Shown one piece after another: positions 38,652 through 51,000 of a stretch of DNA of 64,000 nt (positions are counted from its first letter, which is position 1; every line of letters starts with the position of its first letter). The notes below the pieces were generated by a model. It searched no databases. It had not been told where the DNA came from and was given only the letters and a program-made list of their open reading frames with translations. A program made the position numbers and the translations under genes. The stretch comes from Podarcis muralis (lineage: Eukaryota), in the NCBI RefSeq assembly GCF_964188315.1, contig NC_135659.1, forward strand, positions 45,136,001 to 45,200,000, read 5' to 3'.

Positions 38652-39299
38652 TATGATTTCCACAGTGTCACAAATGTGCTAGAGTTTACACTTTTTAAAA
38701 CAAAACAACAAGCAAACAAACAAAAAACAAGTTCTCAGTGGCTGATATGGTTAGGCATAGTGGATACTTTGAGACAGAATTCTCTTCCTTTGAAAAAAAA
38801 ATATATAGGAAGAGATGAAAAGGCCGTTGTTTCAAAGTGGCCGGGCATTCTTTCCTCACTCCTTGGTTGCACAGAATTTTGAGTTGCATCCTCCAAAATA
38901 GAGACAGGATTGTATCTATGACTGAGCAGTGAATGAAATCAAACCCCCCCCCCCCCAGCCTCTAAAAGCTACAATCCAGCAAATCTTGAGCTTGAGGAAG
39001 TCACACCCACGATCACTAGCAGGATCTCTACTACCCACATTATGCCCTAAGAATGCCTTCCAGACATTCTGGATAATGTATTTTTATCCTACCATCCCCA
39101 TGAAAGGAGCCCAAGGCCACAAACGGCAAAGTAACAAAACAGCACAAGTAAAAACAAAATCAAAGCATTTAAAAACTAACAACAACACACCCACCAAAAC
39201 GCCGTACTGTGTGTGTGCCAGGGTGAGGCAATATTTTTAAAGATTCTTCCAAGTTAAAAAGCTCCCTGCACTTCAGTTAACTGGGGAGAGGGCGCTAAA

Positions 39300-40800
39300 T
39301 CCTTTCTCCCAGTTCTATTAAACGCGACGAGTTTTTGTTTGGGGTGCGGGGGAGGGGGCCATTCAAATACGTGACACCGGAGACTTCCCCGCCTCGTCCT
39401 GCACGTCTGAATGCAGAATGCCCACAACTCCACTCCGCAAACTCGTGCTGCATAACGCGCAGACCGTTTCGCGACCATAGACATAATAAAGACAAACTAC
39501 CGAGGTGGGGAGGGGGAAAATCTGCGCCACTGGAGCCTCAGTCCTCCAGGCTAGCGGGCAATATGCACCTTGGGAGCCTCGAGGGCTTTCGGCGACGAGG
39601 CAACACCTGCGCGGCTTCCCCTGAATGCAGGCGCAGAGCCCGAAGGAGTCTCGGAAGCAACGCGCCCGAAGACCACAAATATAGGAAGGAAGACGAGAGT
39701 CACACCCTCTCATTTGCTGCGTGATTTTGGGTCTCGTCTCCTATTATTTTGTATGGGCGGGCTGCAATCCTACCTTACCTGGCATCAAGGCTACTGAGGT
39801 CGGGGGTGGGGTGGGGGGGCTTACACCTAAGTTGACATATGAATAGGATTGCAGAGTTAGAGCGGTAAAAAGCTCGGTGCTATTGCACGAAAGCTGCACG
39901 AGGGGAAGCTTTAAGAAAGGGCTGGCGAATTTAACTTGAGCTGGTTTGGCTGCACACTCAAGTCAGCTCAGGTTTGTGACTGCGAGGTGTGTGTGTGATA
40001 TGCCGCTGTCACAGCCCTACGTCTGCAAGTTGCAATACAGGGATAATGGTAGGATTCAGACTACACGAGTCCCTCTTAACAGCGCAATCTTATTATGCAC
40101 GACGACTTAGAAGTAAAGCCTAGAAGAACTCAGCGGGACTTACTGCAGCAATGGACGTACCCAGGATTTGCTCTCAGCAGGTAAGGGGTGCCTAGGAGTG
40201 CAGCCTTCGCTGAAATCTGTGGGGCTTCAGTTAGTCGCCGCGGCTAACTTTAGACCCTGATTTCAACGCAAGGATGGGTGCAATCCTAAACCCACTTACT
40301 TGGGGAGCAAGGCCCATTGGATTCCCTAGGACTTACTGCTGCATAGGCACCATTAGGACTGCGTTGTTCGTCTGGATCCAAACCAACAACTTCGAACTGT
40401 TGTCTGCATTTGTAGCATACAATTTTCAGATGCCTCTCGGGGGGGGGGGGAGTCGCATTTTCCACGAGAGCTGTCCCCCGAGTCAGAGAAAACACGTGCT
40501 CCACCATTATTTGCCTATATACCTTTTGAGGGGCCAGGGTGCTCGTTGCAGCAGCAGCTGCTGCCGCCGTTTTCGGCCTCCTAGGTAGGGATTTCTCCGT
40601 TATTTCCTAGGATCACCCATCCGTTTTGCCCCGGAGAGGAGAGAAAACATGGCGCCAAAAGCAACCAGGAAGCAGCGGGGGTAGAAATGGCTGGTCACGC
40701 CTCTTCCTGGGTTTTCCCTTCGAGTCGGGATGGGCTGCTAGGCAACCGAGCAACGTTTCTCCGTAGATGCAAGAGGCCTTTTAGGAAGCGAATCTTCCCA
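39300..40800. promoter_or_regulatory. Bidirectional CpG promoter region LRRC42/IFT25
   Basis: CpG-rich stretches between divergent genes; strong minus-strand donor at 39779 (CAG|GTAAGG); plus-strand donor at 40584; E2F-like TTTCGCG at 39467; YY1-like AACATGGCG at 40646. Confidence 0.7.
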
Positions 40801-40814
40801 AAGGTGGAGAAAAC

Positions 40815-43800
40815 ATGAAATTCACGGACTACTGCCTTAGCTCCGAAGGAACCGATGTGATTCAAGCAACATCAAGTGATGAAAAATACCCGCCAGAAAA
40901 TATCACGGATGGGTGAGATCTTGATCCTGATGAAGTAGCAGGCTCTCGCCTTGTAGCGCCTGAATATTGCTATTATATATCATGAGCTTTCGTGGACTAA
41001 AGTTCACTTTTTAGTATATATATATAAAAAGGTTTACTTTCAGGTTAATGAATGGTTTTTTACATCCTCAACTCGCATAATTATTTCCTTTGGGTTGGAA
41101 GTAAAACCCATCCATTTGGTTTTCGAAATGCTTTTAAATATGAACTTGAGCGTCATGGAAGAATATAGTATTTGTAGCCAGTGGTTTTTTTCCTTAAAAA
41201 AATGTTTAGGGGTACTCTCATTTTCCTACTCATATTGAAATACTGCCCCTCAATGAGGCCAAACTTAGATTCACAAAATGTTTAGGGGTATGCATACTCC
41301 TGTGTCCCCCCTGGAAAAAAGCACTCTTTGTAGCATTTGTGTCACACATTCAAATAACCTAAGGCACAGTATAGTTGTAATAGGCTGCCATACTGTAGAA
41401 TATAGGCTGAAGGAATTGTTCATGGATTTTTCACTTGTAAGAAAATATCAGCCCTTAGCTGGGGGTGAGAGACTAGGTCATTTGAAGGTTGGATTTTTTG
41501 TTTAATTTATTAACGGGTAAATCTAAATTATTTTTCTACTGTGATGAATTTGAACTCTAAGGTTTAATGAAGATAAGGTCAGAAGTGTACCTTTTGACAA
41601 GCCATGTGTCTACTCAATAGTAAGCCCGATTGGGTACAATGAATGTTATTTCAATGGCAGATATATTTAGCTTGTCATTATGACATATAAAAACATTTCA
41701 TATTAAGTTGTACCTTGTCTCAAAAAGTGTAACATATCTATAATCCTGTTCTGGTACCATGTAAAATATAATATGATTCCCCCCCCCCTCTATCATTTAA
41801 GGTCCTTGATATCGCTGTTTAGGGACCTTCCATAGAATATCATGGAAGAATTCCAAATATATGGTGAAAACAGTAATACAGTTAATGCTAACGTTTACTA
41901 TGTTAAAATGCAACATTGGTATTGGAATGTTGGATGTCTTTATTATTGTAAATTGAATAAAATTTCTCTGTTACAGATATATCTACAATATATTTCTAAC
42001 ATTTTGCATTCATACAGGTTATTTCACTCTCTCTTAACAGAAAATCTGAAACCTTTTGGACAACAACTGGGATGTTTCCACAGGAATTTATTATTTGTTT
42101 TCATAAATGTGTAACCATTAGCAAACTCACAATCCAGTGTTATTGTGGTAAGTTGATGTTATACAGCTAGGTTTTCATTTCCGAATTAGCATCTTTTCCT
42201 GCAAAAATATGTGTTATTTTTGCTTTAGGGCACAATCCAAGCCCTATCTCCTGATGGTGGGCTTTTGTGTAGCAGTGGATCTGTATTCCTGCTTCTTGTG
42301 GCCATAGCGGATGGTGGGGAGAGGCAGATGATCAGGCCCAAATTGGACTAGATCACTGTGCCAGCTCCAGGTCCCAGTGCTGTTGCATGACATCAATGAT
42401 TCTGGCTTGGTATCCATAAGATTTATGGCTGATTTAGCCCTGCCCCAGCCCACCATTTGAAGGCCCTTTTTCAGTGCCTTCCAGAGGTTACTGCCAGAAG
42501 GCAGCTCTCCACCTGTCCACCCATTTTTGGGGGGCATGGGGAGTGGGAAATTGGTTCTCACAGCAGCCCTATCCACCTGCACATTTGGCAACTAGCAGGG
42601 GCCCGCACAACTAGCAAAGCTGAGGAACACTGATCAGTGAGGTTTTGTGTAGGGTTCTGCGCTTGTGGTTCTATATAGGTTAGAGCAGCTGTGTAGAAAA
42701 CTGTGTGAATGTGGGTGCTAGTTTGTGTATGAAAGTACAATGGATAAAGTACAACCACTTGTGGGGTTTTTTCACATGCAGAGGGGATTCAACTGATCAC
42801 AAGGTTATAGATACATCCCAAATGCAACTCAGCCTAGATTTTCTGTGTCTTTTAACAGTTCTATATCTCATACTGTGAATTGTCATAATTAATGAAATCT
42901 TAGGCATGATTGAACATTAATATTGTAATGTAAAAGCTAAGTACTACTTTGTTGATGAATTTTGTGTGAAACTAGGCAGCCTTAACCAAGGATTTCTTTT
43001 CTTAACACTGTCCTTAGTGCAGACATTACGGATTGAAAAAAGCGTGTCTAAAGATCCAGTTGATTTTGAAGAATGCATTGAAAAAGGTAATTCTTTACTT
43101 GATGTAACAGTTCTAATTAGGTGGATGATTGCAATTTGATGTACAAATCAGTTAAGGCTGCAATCCTATATCTCTTATTAGAAGGAAGTCCTATTGAACT
43201 CATTTGGAATAAGTTTGCATATACGAAGCAGGACTAGGATCAAAGCACACTTCTGTGATATCTAAGGAACCAATGGCTGGTTCTCCACAACTTCCAGATG
43301 CTGACTTGTTGCTGTTGCCTGCTTATAATTTGTTTTGTGCCATTCATTGAACAATTTAGTGCGTTTTATATTACCCCATCTTATAGGGTTGTTGGTTGCT
43401 ATGATTATTCAGATATTGTATATGAAGTGCTTGGAGCACTTAGCAAAAGTGATCTATAAATATCTGTTACTATTTGGAACCCAGATGGTAATTTCTTACC
43501 TTCCATGACAATATTTTTCTGGGAAGCTATTAAATGTTTCCTTTGTCTATGTCTGCAATTGGTCTAAGAGTATTTTTTTAAAAATAATATCGCAGTGAAA
43601 ATATAGTTTATTTTGAAGGGTCTTTGATAACCTTGGGTGGATTATTATGGGAAAAGTTGCTAATTTTAAACTATTTTAAAGTGGCCCTAATGAAGCTTGG
43701 GACATACCATCTATGGAGTGTGTTAACTTTATTGGAGTTAATTTAGATCTTTACTAGGATTGTGAGTTTTTATGCTCCAGTGAATTTTCAGATCCAGAAT

Positions 43801-45019
43801 CCAAGCATCATGTTATATATTAAGGTGCTGCTTGTTTGTTTTATATTCAGAGCTGCAACATAAAGAAGGAGAACTTCAAACAGAAGAATTTTCGGTAAGT
43901 ATATGCCATCTAGCATTAATGCAGTGTATGCAAAGAGTGCATAATGAATTTGTGGGAAAATCTTTAGTCAGCAAGGTAATGTAGACATTAGTAGGAGCTT
44001 GATAAAATCTGAAGTGATGTTTTCATGTTCCTACTATTATATATATATGCCTATGTTACAGTTAACTGCTAAAACATAGAGGCCTTTTACAGTCCCATAT
44101 CTGAACCAAAGTAGTTTATACTTTTGAGTGATGACAGTTACCATTAGGGATTATGAACACTGGCTGGTTTATGTATTTTTGCACATTTGCAGTGCAATCC
44201 TAAGCATGTTTGCTAAGAAGTAAGTCCCATTAAGCTCAATGGAGCTTACACATCAGTAAATGTATTTAGGATTGCACCCCCTGTAATGTGTAGGATTGTC
44301 AATATTCATCATTTTTTACATTAACTGTATTATATGTGTATATGTGTGAAAATGAATAGTCATAATTATATCTATAGCTATATCGTAACACTAAATGTGT
44401 AGTAATTTCTCGTGATACAACTTCTATCACCATAGTTGCTAAATTCCCAAGCCTCTTAAATATTAAGCAAAAAGCAGTAATATAGAGGAACTCTGATTCA
44501 GATCAAATTTTAAAAAATCAATCTGAAATTTACTTAGTAGCTTGATCTTGACCATACCTGTCATCAGCTCACTCCTGTAACCTGAGTATAATTTGGGGAG
44601 TTTTATACTATGTCTTTAGTATAGCAAGATTTAGATTCAGATTCTTTCTAGCATACAATGGTTTATTTTTCAATTAATTAAGTATTCCCATGCTGAGTAT
44701 GAAACAACTACAGAATACATTTCATCTAAAACTAAGTGATTTCAAGTCATATTGATTTCAGTTTTTGTAAATTAAAAAAGCTCTTAAATCTCTCACATTG
44801 AAATTATTGCCATTGAAAAATGCTTCACTTGCACTGAATTGTGCCCATAGTTCTTTAACTATTGTTGTTGTTATTATTATTATTATTTCTTTTTGGCAGT
44901 TTCCTGAGATCCAAGCGACATACTTGCGATTCATTATTTTGTCTGGCTATGATGCTTTTGTGTCAGTTCATAGGGTGATAGCAGAAGGAATAACGCAAGA
45001 TAGTGAAAACCAAACTTAA
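40815..45019 (+). CDS. IFT25: Intraflagellar transport protein 25 (HSPB11), 5 coding exons, 145 aa
   Basis: Exons 40815-40912 (DYCLSSEG...ATSSDEKYPPENITDG), 42041-42147 (ETFWTTTGMFPQEFIICFHK), 43018-43086, 43851-43894 and 44900-45019 (ATYLRFII...SVHRVIAEG). All GT-AG and in frame. Confidence 0.96.
44192..44277. repeat. 86-bp foldback mini-element (best copy of a dispersed family)
   Basis: Perfect 12-bp terminal inverted repeat GTGCAATCCTAA/TTAGGATTGCAC and an internal AAGTAAGTCCCATT...AATGG.GCTTAC palindrome. Confidence 0.8.
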
Positions 45020-46950
45020 TGTGCTACAATCACAACTGTATAAATATTGTACTGACATTTGTATTATAGATTATGTAATCCAAGCAGTAAAGTATGTTTT
45101 CTAAACTGTGTCTTTTGTATATCTTTGTCACAGACGTTTTTTCTGTTGTTAAATTCTGTTAAAATATGTAGTAAATATGATACCTCTATTCCACTAGAAC
45201 TCACCACTTCCTTAATCTAAGTTTATAAATGGAGAGCTCCTATTCACTCATGTCCTGACCCCATTTGAGAGACATTTCTGACAACCTCCATTAATTTGAA
45301 ACTATTTGAAATATTCCCTGCATTTTGGCCACTTCAATGCTGGAGTGTTAGCCACTGTTATGCATCAAGAGGTCCTCTGACACAAAGAAATTTTACAGTA
45401 CTGTCAGAGCATTCAAAGTGGAGTGAACCACTTGTGTAAAAATGTTTAGCTATCTGTTTCAGAGGTATCCCTGACAGTTTTGATATCCCCCTTTATGAGT
45501 ATGTGAAGTTCGAGCTTCTTGACAGAAAGATCAAATCAACATCCGAGCACACCATGCCAAACCCTGGCCAATGCACTTACATCCATTGGATCCCAGTCAA
45601 GGTTTGATTTTGCTCAGGATAGCAACCCAGAGGGACCGGGAATAAATTACAAACACCCAAGAAAAACCACAAACTGCTGAACGTAATTACTTGGTTTATT
45701 TGATATATAAACAATAATAGAGATGAAAAATTGGAGATGATGTGAAATAGAATTATAAATGATACAGAATGCATACAGAAAATAGAATATATAGTAATGA
45801 ACACAACATATGATTAAATATTTAGGCATTGGATATGATTTGCATATTGATTAACAAATGGCATGCACTGACAAAGCAATCAATCCAAGTGAATAACATA
45901 ATAGCTATCTCTCTCCAATCGATCTGTTGTAAATAATTCTACGTTCCTAGCATATTAGAGCAATGAAATTCATAGTTCCCAAACAAACAGCAGTAGACCT
46001 GATCCTGTAGACCAGACTGTGAAGCAAGGTGGAAAGCAGCAGGAAAGGATAAAACCATAAACCGTGCAACCTTCCCCTCCCCAAATAAAAGATGTAGAAG
46101 AACTGAGCATGCCTTTTATATCAATCAGCAAAGGGACTATGGGGCTGGATCTTTCTATTATTATTTTTTCTTTCAGTTTTACTGTTTGTATGGACAGACT
46201 CCCATAAACATGGACTATGCATTACCATAATCCATATGGGAGAAGGAAGAAAGATGAACAAACGGGACCCTGTTGTACAAGTGGTTCTTCATGAAGGGAC
46301 CTTTGACACACTACCAGCATCAGTTTGCCAAAACATGTTAGGCTCTCACTTTGTTTAGGTGATGTGGTTGCTTTTCTGCCACTCTGCAGAATGCCAAGTC
46401 ACTGGAAGCCTTGATTGAAAACAGCCAAAATGTGCACTCAGATTCAAGCAGCTTTCATAGGAAAGAGCCAGACATGGTACAATGTCCATTTTACTCCATC
46501 ATGGCTGTTCTACTGTATGCACAGAACATATTGTCATGGTTGGGTGTGATGCACATGTAGGCCAAGCAAGACCCAGATAAGCAATATTTAGGATCAAAAG
46601 TACCATATGACTAATCTCAGATACACAAAGGGCCTTTGAGCTTGCAGTTTCTCAAAGAGTAGCTTTTCACTTCACATGCCATACTGCTTTTGAAACTGGG
46701 GAGATTTCAAGTGTATTTTGGTAATTATGGCAAGGGTGGAGAACCTGTAGCCCTCAACATATTCTTGGAATCCAGGTCCTATCAGGCTAAGGCAGCATGT
46801 TCAACCAAGCATGCTATATGGCATGGGGTTCCCAGTTTGCTTTTTTAAAGCCAAATGTAAAATAATTGCAACAGGTACATTTGTATACTTGGGAATGCTT
46901 AGAATATCTTAAGAAGACAGATTCATAGGTAGTGTTAACAACAACAAATA

Positions 46951-47306
46951 AAGGTAAAGGTAAAGGGACCCCTGACCATTAGGTCCAGTCGTGACCGACT
47001 CTGGGGTTGCGGTGCTCATCTCGCTTTATTGGCTGAGGGAGCCGGCGTACAGCTTCCGGGTCATGTGGCCAGCATGACTAAGCCGCTTCTGGCGAACCAG
47101 AGCAGCGCATGGAAATGCCGTTTACCTTCCCGCTGGAGCGGTACCTATTTATCTACTTGCACTTTGACATGCTTTTGAACTGCTAGGTTGGCAGGAGCTG
47201 TGACCGAGCAACGGGAGCTCACCCTGTTGTGGGGATTCGAACCACAGACCCTCTGATCAGCAAGTCCTAGGCTCTGTGGTTTAACCCACAGCGCCACCCG
47301 TGTCCC
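46951..47306 (-). mobile_element. Sauria SINE
   Basis: Full length; (ACCTTT)n tail; imperfect CAACAAATA-containing TSD. Confidence 0.95.
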
Positions 47307-47680
47307 ACCAACAGCAACAAATAGTGTGCTATAATTGCACACTAGCAACTAACTAGTACACTAACATTGCTAGCTGGACAGATCCACCTAAAATTACAGT
47401 ATTCCTTCCAAGGCATTTGTTCTAGCAATGGTCTGAGTTGGATGAATATTCAGGAATCTTCTGGCATCAAAATCTCTCCTGCATATTATCTATCCAATAC
47501 AGCATTAGAAAACAGAGAACTTAGAGTGATCTGTTATGGAATAAGCCTCCGTCTTTCACCAATGCAACCACCACCATCCAGCATTCTGTAGTTGGTGTTT
47601 CTCAAACGATGACACTTAAAAACAACAAGCCTGTAAAGATGGTATGAGACAGATTGATCATAATAATTTAGTATATTGTT

Positions 47681-47760
47681 TCTGTTAATATTTTTTTTTT
47701 GTAAATCAAGTCACAGCCCCTTGTTTTAAGCTATGACCATCATAAACAAATATTAATAGA
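47681..47760 (-). promoter_or_regulatory. SECIS element of DIO1 3'UTR
   Basis: Minus strand reads UCUAUUAAUAUUUGUUU-AUGA-UGGUCAUAGC-UUAAAACAAGGG-GCUGUGACU-UGAU-UUACAAAAAAAAAAUAUUAACAGA: AUGA/GA quartet, paired helix II, apical AAA and paired helix I. Confidence 0.95.
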
Positions 47761-48046
47761 AACAAGACTAACAAACCATTACAATATCTCAGAAATTTTC
47801 TATAACCTCCTCGAATAAACATTACAAACGTTAGACATGCTACCCATACCACTGCTCTGTTTTGACTGAGAAAGATAATCTGATCTCCTGAAGAAATAGT
47901 CCGTTCTAGCAGAGGAAGCAGCTGCAAGGCAGATGTCCATGCACTAGTGGGATGACTTCATGGGTTGCATGTAACCTTTAATCAACAGACTATGATGTTA
48001 CTGTATTGTTCACATATGAGATTGTTATTAGGCCTGTTTTATAGTT

Positions 48047-51000
48047 CTAAAGCAGTTTTTCCAAGACTTCACGTACTTCTTCTGGGTGATAATTCCAGGG
48101 TCCCACTCCACCCTGTAAAAGAAGAAATACCATTATGTCTCTGAGCAATTTCTAGGGAGGAGGATGCAGGTTGTACAAAAGTGATGCAATTAATTACGGA
48201 TATTCCTCATCTTCATGAAAAGATATTCCTCATCTTCACTTCATTTAGTGAGACAATATTTGGCATCAGCCAATTATTTAGCAATTAGATGTCAAAAATA
48301 GAATTCAAAATGGTTTGCAATTATACAAATACTGTATCTCCCAACTAAGTTATTGTTTTCCATCTCCTGTGAGATGAGAGGCAAAATTACACAAGTGATT
48401 ACACTGGGAGAAAGGGTGAGAAATAAATTCAAGGAACTAAATAAATGCATGCAGTGTTTTTTTTTTGTGTTAAGAAAAGCAGACTTGGACAGCTGTTGCT
48501 CTGAACACATAAGCAGACACATCACCCCACCTGCATTTCCTTCAGGTTCAAGTCACTCCCAAACTGCTTTTTCTCCCACAAGGTCCCAGGTGCTTGTTCA
48601 TCCTTACAAACAAGTACATGGAATCCCACAGGGAAAGGGGGAAAGGAACTAGGTTTGGAAACCTTAAGCTGGAAGAGGGTTAAACACCCCTTTATCTCTA
48701 GTCTGCTCAGCTCAGAATGGCAACCCTCCAAACCTGATTTCCTCCACACATTTTCCTGCACCTATTTACACGTAATGCATATTTTGCAACTATACAAGCA
48801 CGAGAGAAACACAGTGTAGTTGCCAGGGTAGCTAACAGGGTGCCCTCCAGATTTTATTGGACTAAAACTGCTGAAGTAAAACTTCTGGAGTCTTTTCTTG
48901 AAGGCACTACTCTGGTTACCTCTGCAGTAGACTACTGTATCTCTTTCTCTTTAAGGCGATTCAAGTTGCAGTTCTCATAGGATCAAATCTTGGTAAAGTT
49001 AATGACATTTAGAAACAGATTGGTAAATTCAGGAGGCCTGCTAAGTCAAGGTGGATTCCAAGTTAACTCTAAAAGAAGACAATGCAGTGGACATAGTCTC
49101 CACTTTCATGAGAAGGTTCTTGGTTGACTTACACAAGGGTAGGAATTATTCCGTACTTTTTCTTAATAATATGATCTAAGGCACTCAGGCTACCCAGACC
49201 AACTATCATGTTGTGATACATGCTGTGGGTCCTACCAAACTAATAACATTTTTATTACCTTGTAGATAATATTTCCTTTTTGAAGGACATAAAGCCTTTC
49301 TGGTAGAGCTGCATACTTGGAACTGCTTAGGTTCTCCATTGTGTCTACAACCACTGGACACGAGGGATTCTCTTTCAGTAGGATCTGTGCAGCCTGGATA
49401 CGATCTTGGAGGGTTTGATGACTTTTAATGGCAATATTGTTCTTAAAAGCCCATCCATCTAAAGCAAACAGCATGATTAGGCAAATCATATAGCATCTAG
49501 ACATAGCAACATTTATTAATATCCTTCAGAATTGTAGAAATGTATGTCGGAGTATTAAGTTGGATAATAAAATTTATATTTTAATCCAGTTTTTACTGAT
49601 TTATAAATGAGGCAAACTTGGCAAAAGGTGGTATTCAACTTAAGTTTTCTTCGGAGTAGATCTATTAAAATTATTGAACCTAACTTTGCCATGTTTATTA
49701 ATTTCAGTGGGTGCATTCTCAGTGAAACTTAGTTGAATACCACCCAAAGTATTTAAGTCCTCATTTTTAAAATTGATGTGGCTAACCAAGCACCCTAGTT
49801 TTGAAGCATTTGTTTTGATTTTCAATACTGAGACCAAAAGGTTAACATATTTAGAGGCATACAAGCACTTTCTTGCATCTTCTAATCCCTTTTAAGAAAT
49901 TAACAATTAAAACAGATATGGGAAATCTGTGACCTTCCAGATATTGTTGGACTACAACTCCCATCATCCCTGACCATTGACCATGGCTGATGGGAGTAGG
50001 AATCCAACAACATCTGGAGGATCACTTGTTCCCTGTTCCTGAATTTAAAATATGCTATAGTAGTTTAGTTACTGTCTATGTGCTATGACAGTAATGGGGC
50101 ACCTGAGGCCCAGGGGTGAGGGCAAAAGTGGCCTTCCAGGCCTCTCTATCTTACCCTTAAAACTATCCCCAAGTGATACGCCCTCCTCAGCCATGCTCCT
50201 CACCAGCCCTGATTTGTAACCTCCTTGAGTGTTTTTGCTTGACTGGATAGAGGATAGAGAGGGATGTGTGAATGTGTGTAAAAATTACCCATAGTAATCT
50301 TACTTTACCTGAGGCATGAGCTTCTTCAATGTAGATTATAAGGAAATCTGCTGCAAATCTGAAGTCTTCGATGAGCTTCTTGAATTTGCCAAATTTGAAC
50401 ATAAATGAAGGTCAGGTACAGCTTCCAAATGCCAAGACCAAAGGCCTCGTTTCTGCAACAGACATAAGCAGTCTTCAAAGTGTAATGAAACTAGAATTAT
50501 AGTGTTTTCCTTAAAAAGTACCAGTCAAGAATTCTTCCACATTCCTTGTACACAGGACATCTAATATTTGATCCTATGAGAACGCAAACCTTGGGAGACA
50601 AGCAGGATGGCATTCTACTAATGTATCCCATTACAGCAAGGATTTCTGCTTGCACAATGGGACTTCCTCTGCTCCTCTGTGCACACCCTGCACCATCCTC
50701 AAATCTGTTCCATTGGGTTAGGGAAACCCATAGAATGCATTTAATGGGGGAGGGGGAGGAGAAGGGGATGGAACAATTTCCTTAGCTCTATGCCGGATTC
50801 CACACATACACTTTCCAGTATGCTAAGGGTGCTTCCATTTATCCTGCAACTCAAATGGGCCACCTACAACCTCATAGAATCATATAACTGAAGAGTTGGA
50901 AAGGACCACAAGGGTCATCTAGTCCAACCCCAGAAATGCAGGAATCTTTTCACCAATGTGAGGCTTGAACCCATGACCCTGAGATTAAGCGTCTCATGCT

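Noticed and set aside
39774-39784. U1 snRNA 5' end (CTTACCTGGCA)
   Set aside because: The match does not extend into the U1 body; it is simply the complement of a strong minus-strand splice donor.
39254-39797. ORFs in the LRRC42 promoter
   Set aside because: CpG-island artefacts with no domain signatures.
44128-44170. Possible C/D box snoRNA (GTGATGA) in an IFT25 intron
   Set aside because: No properly placed CTGA D box or terminal stem.
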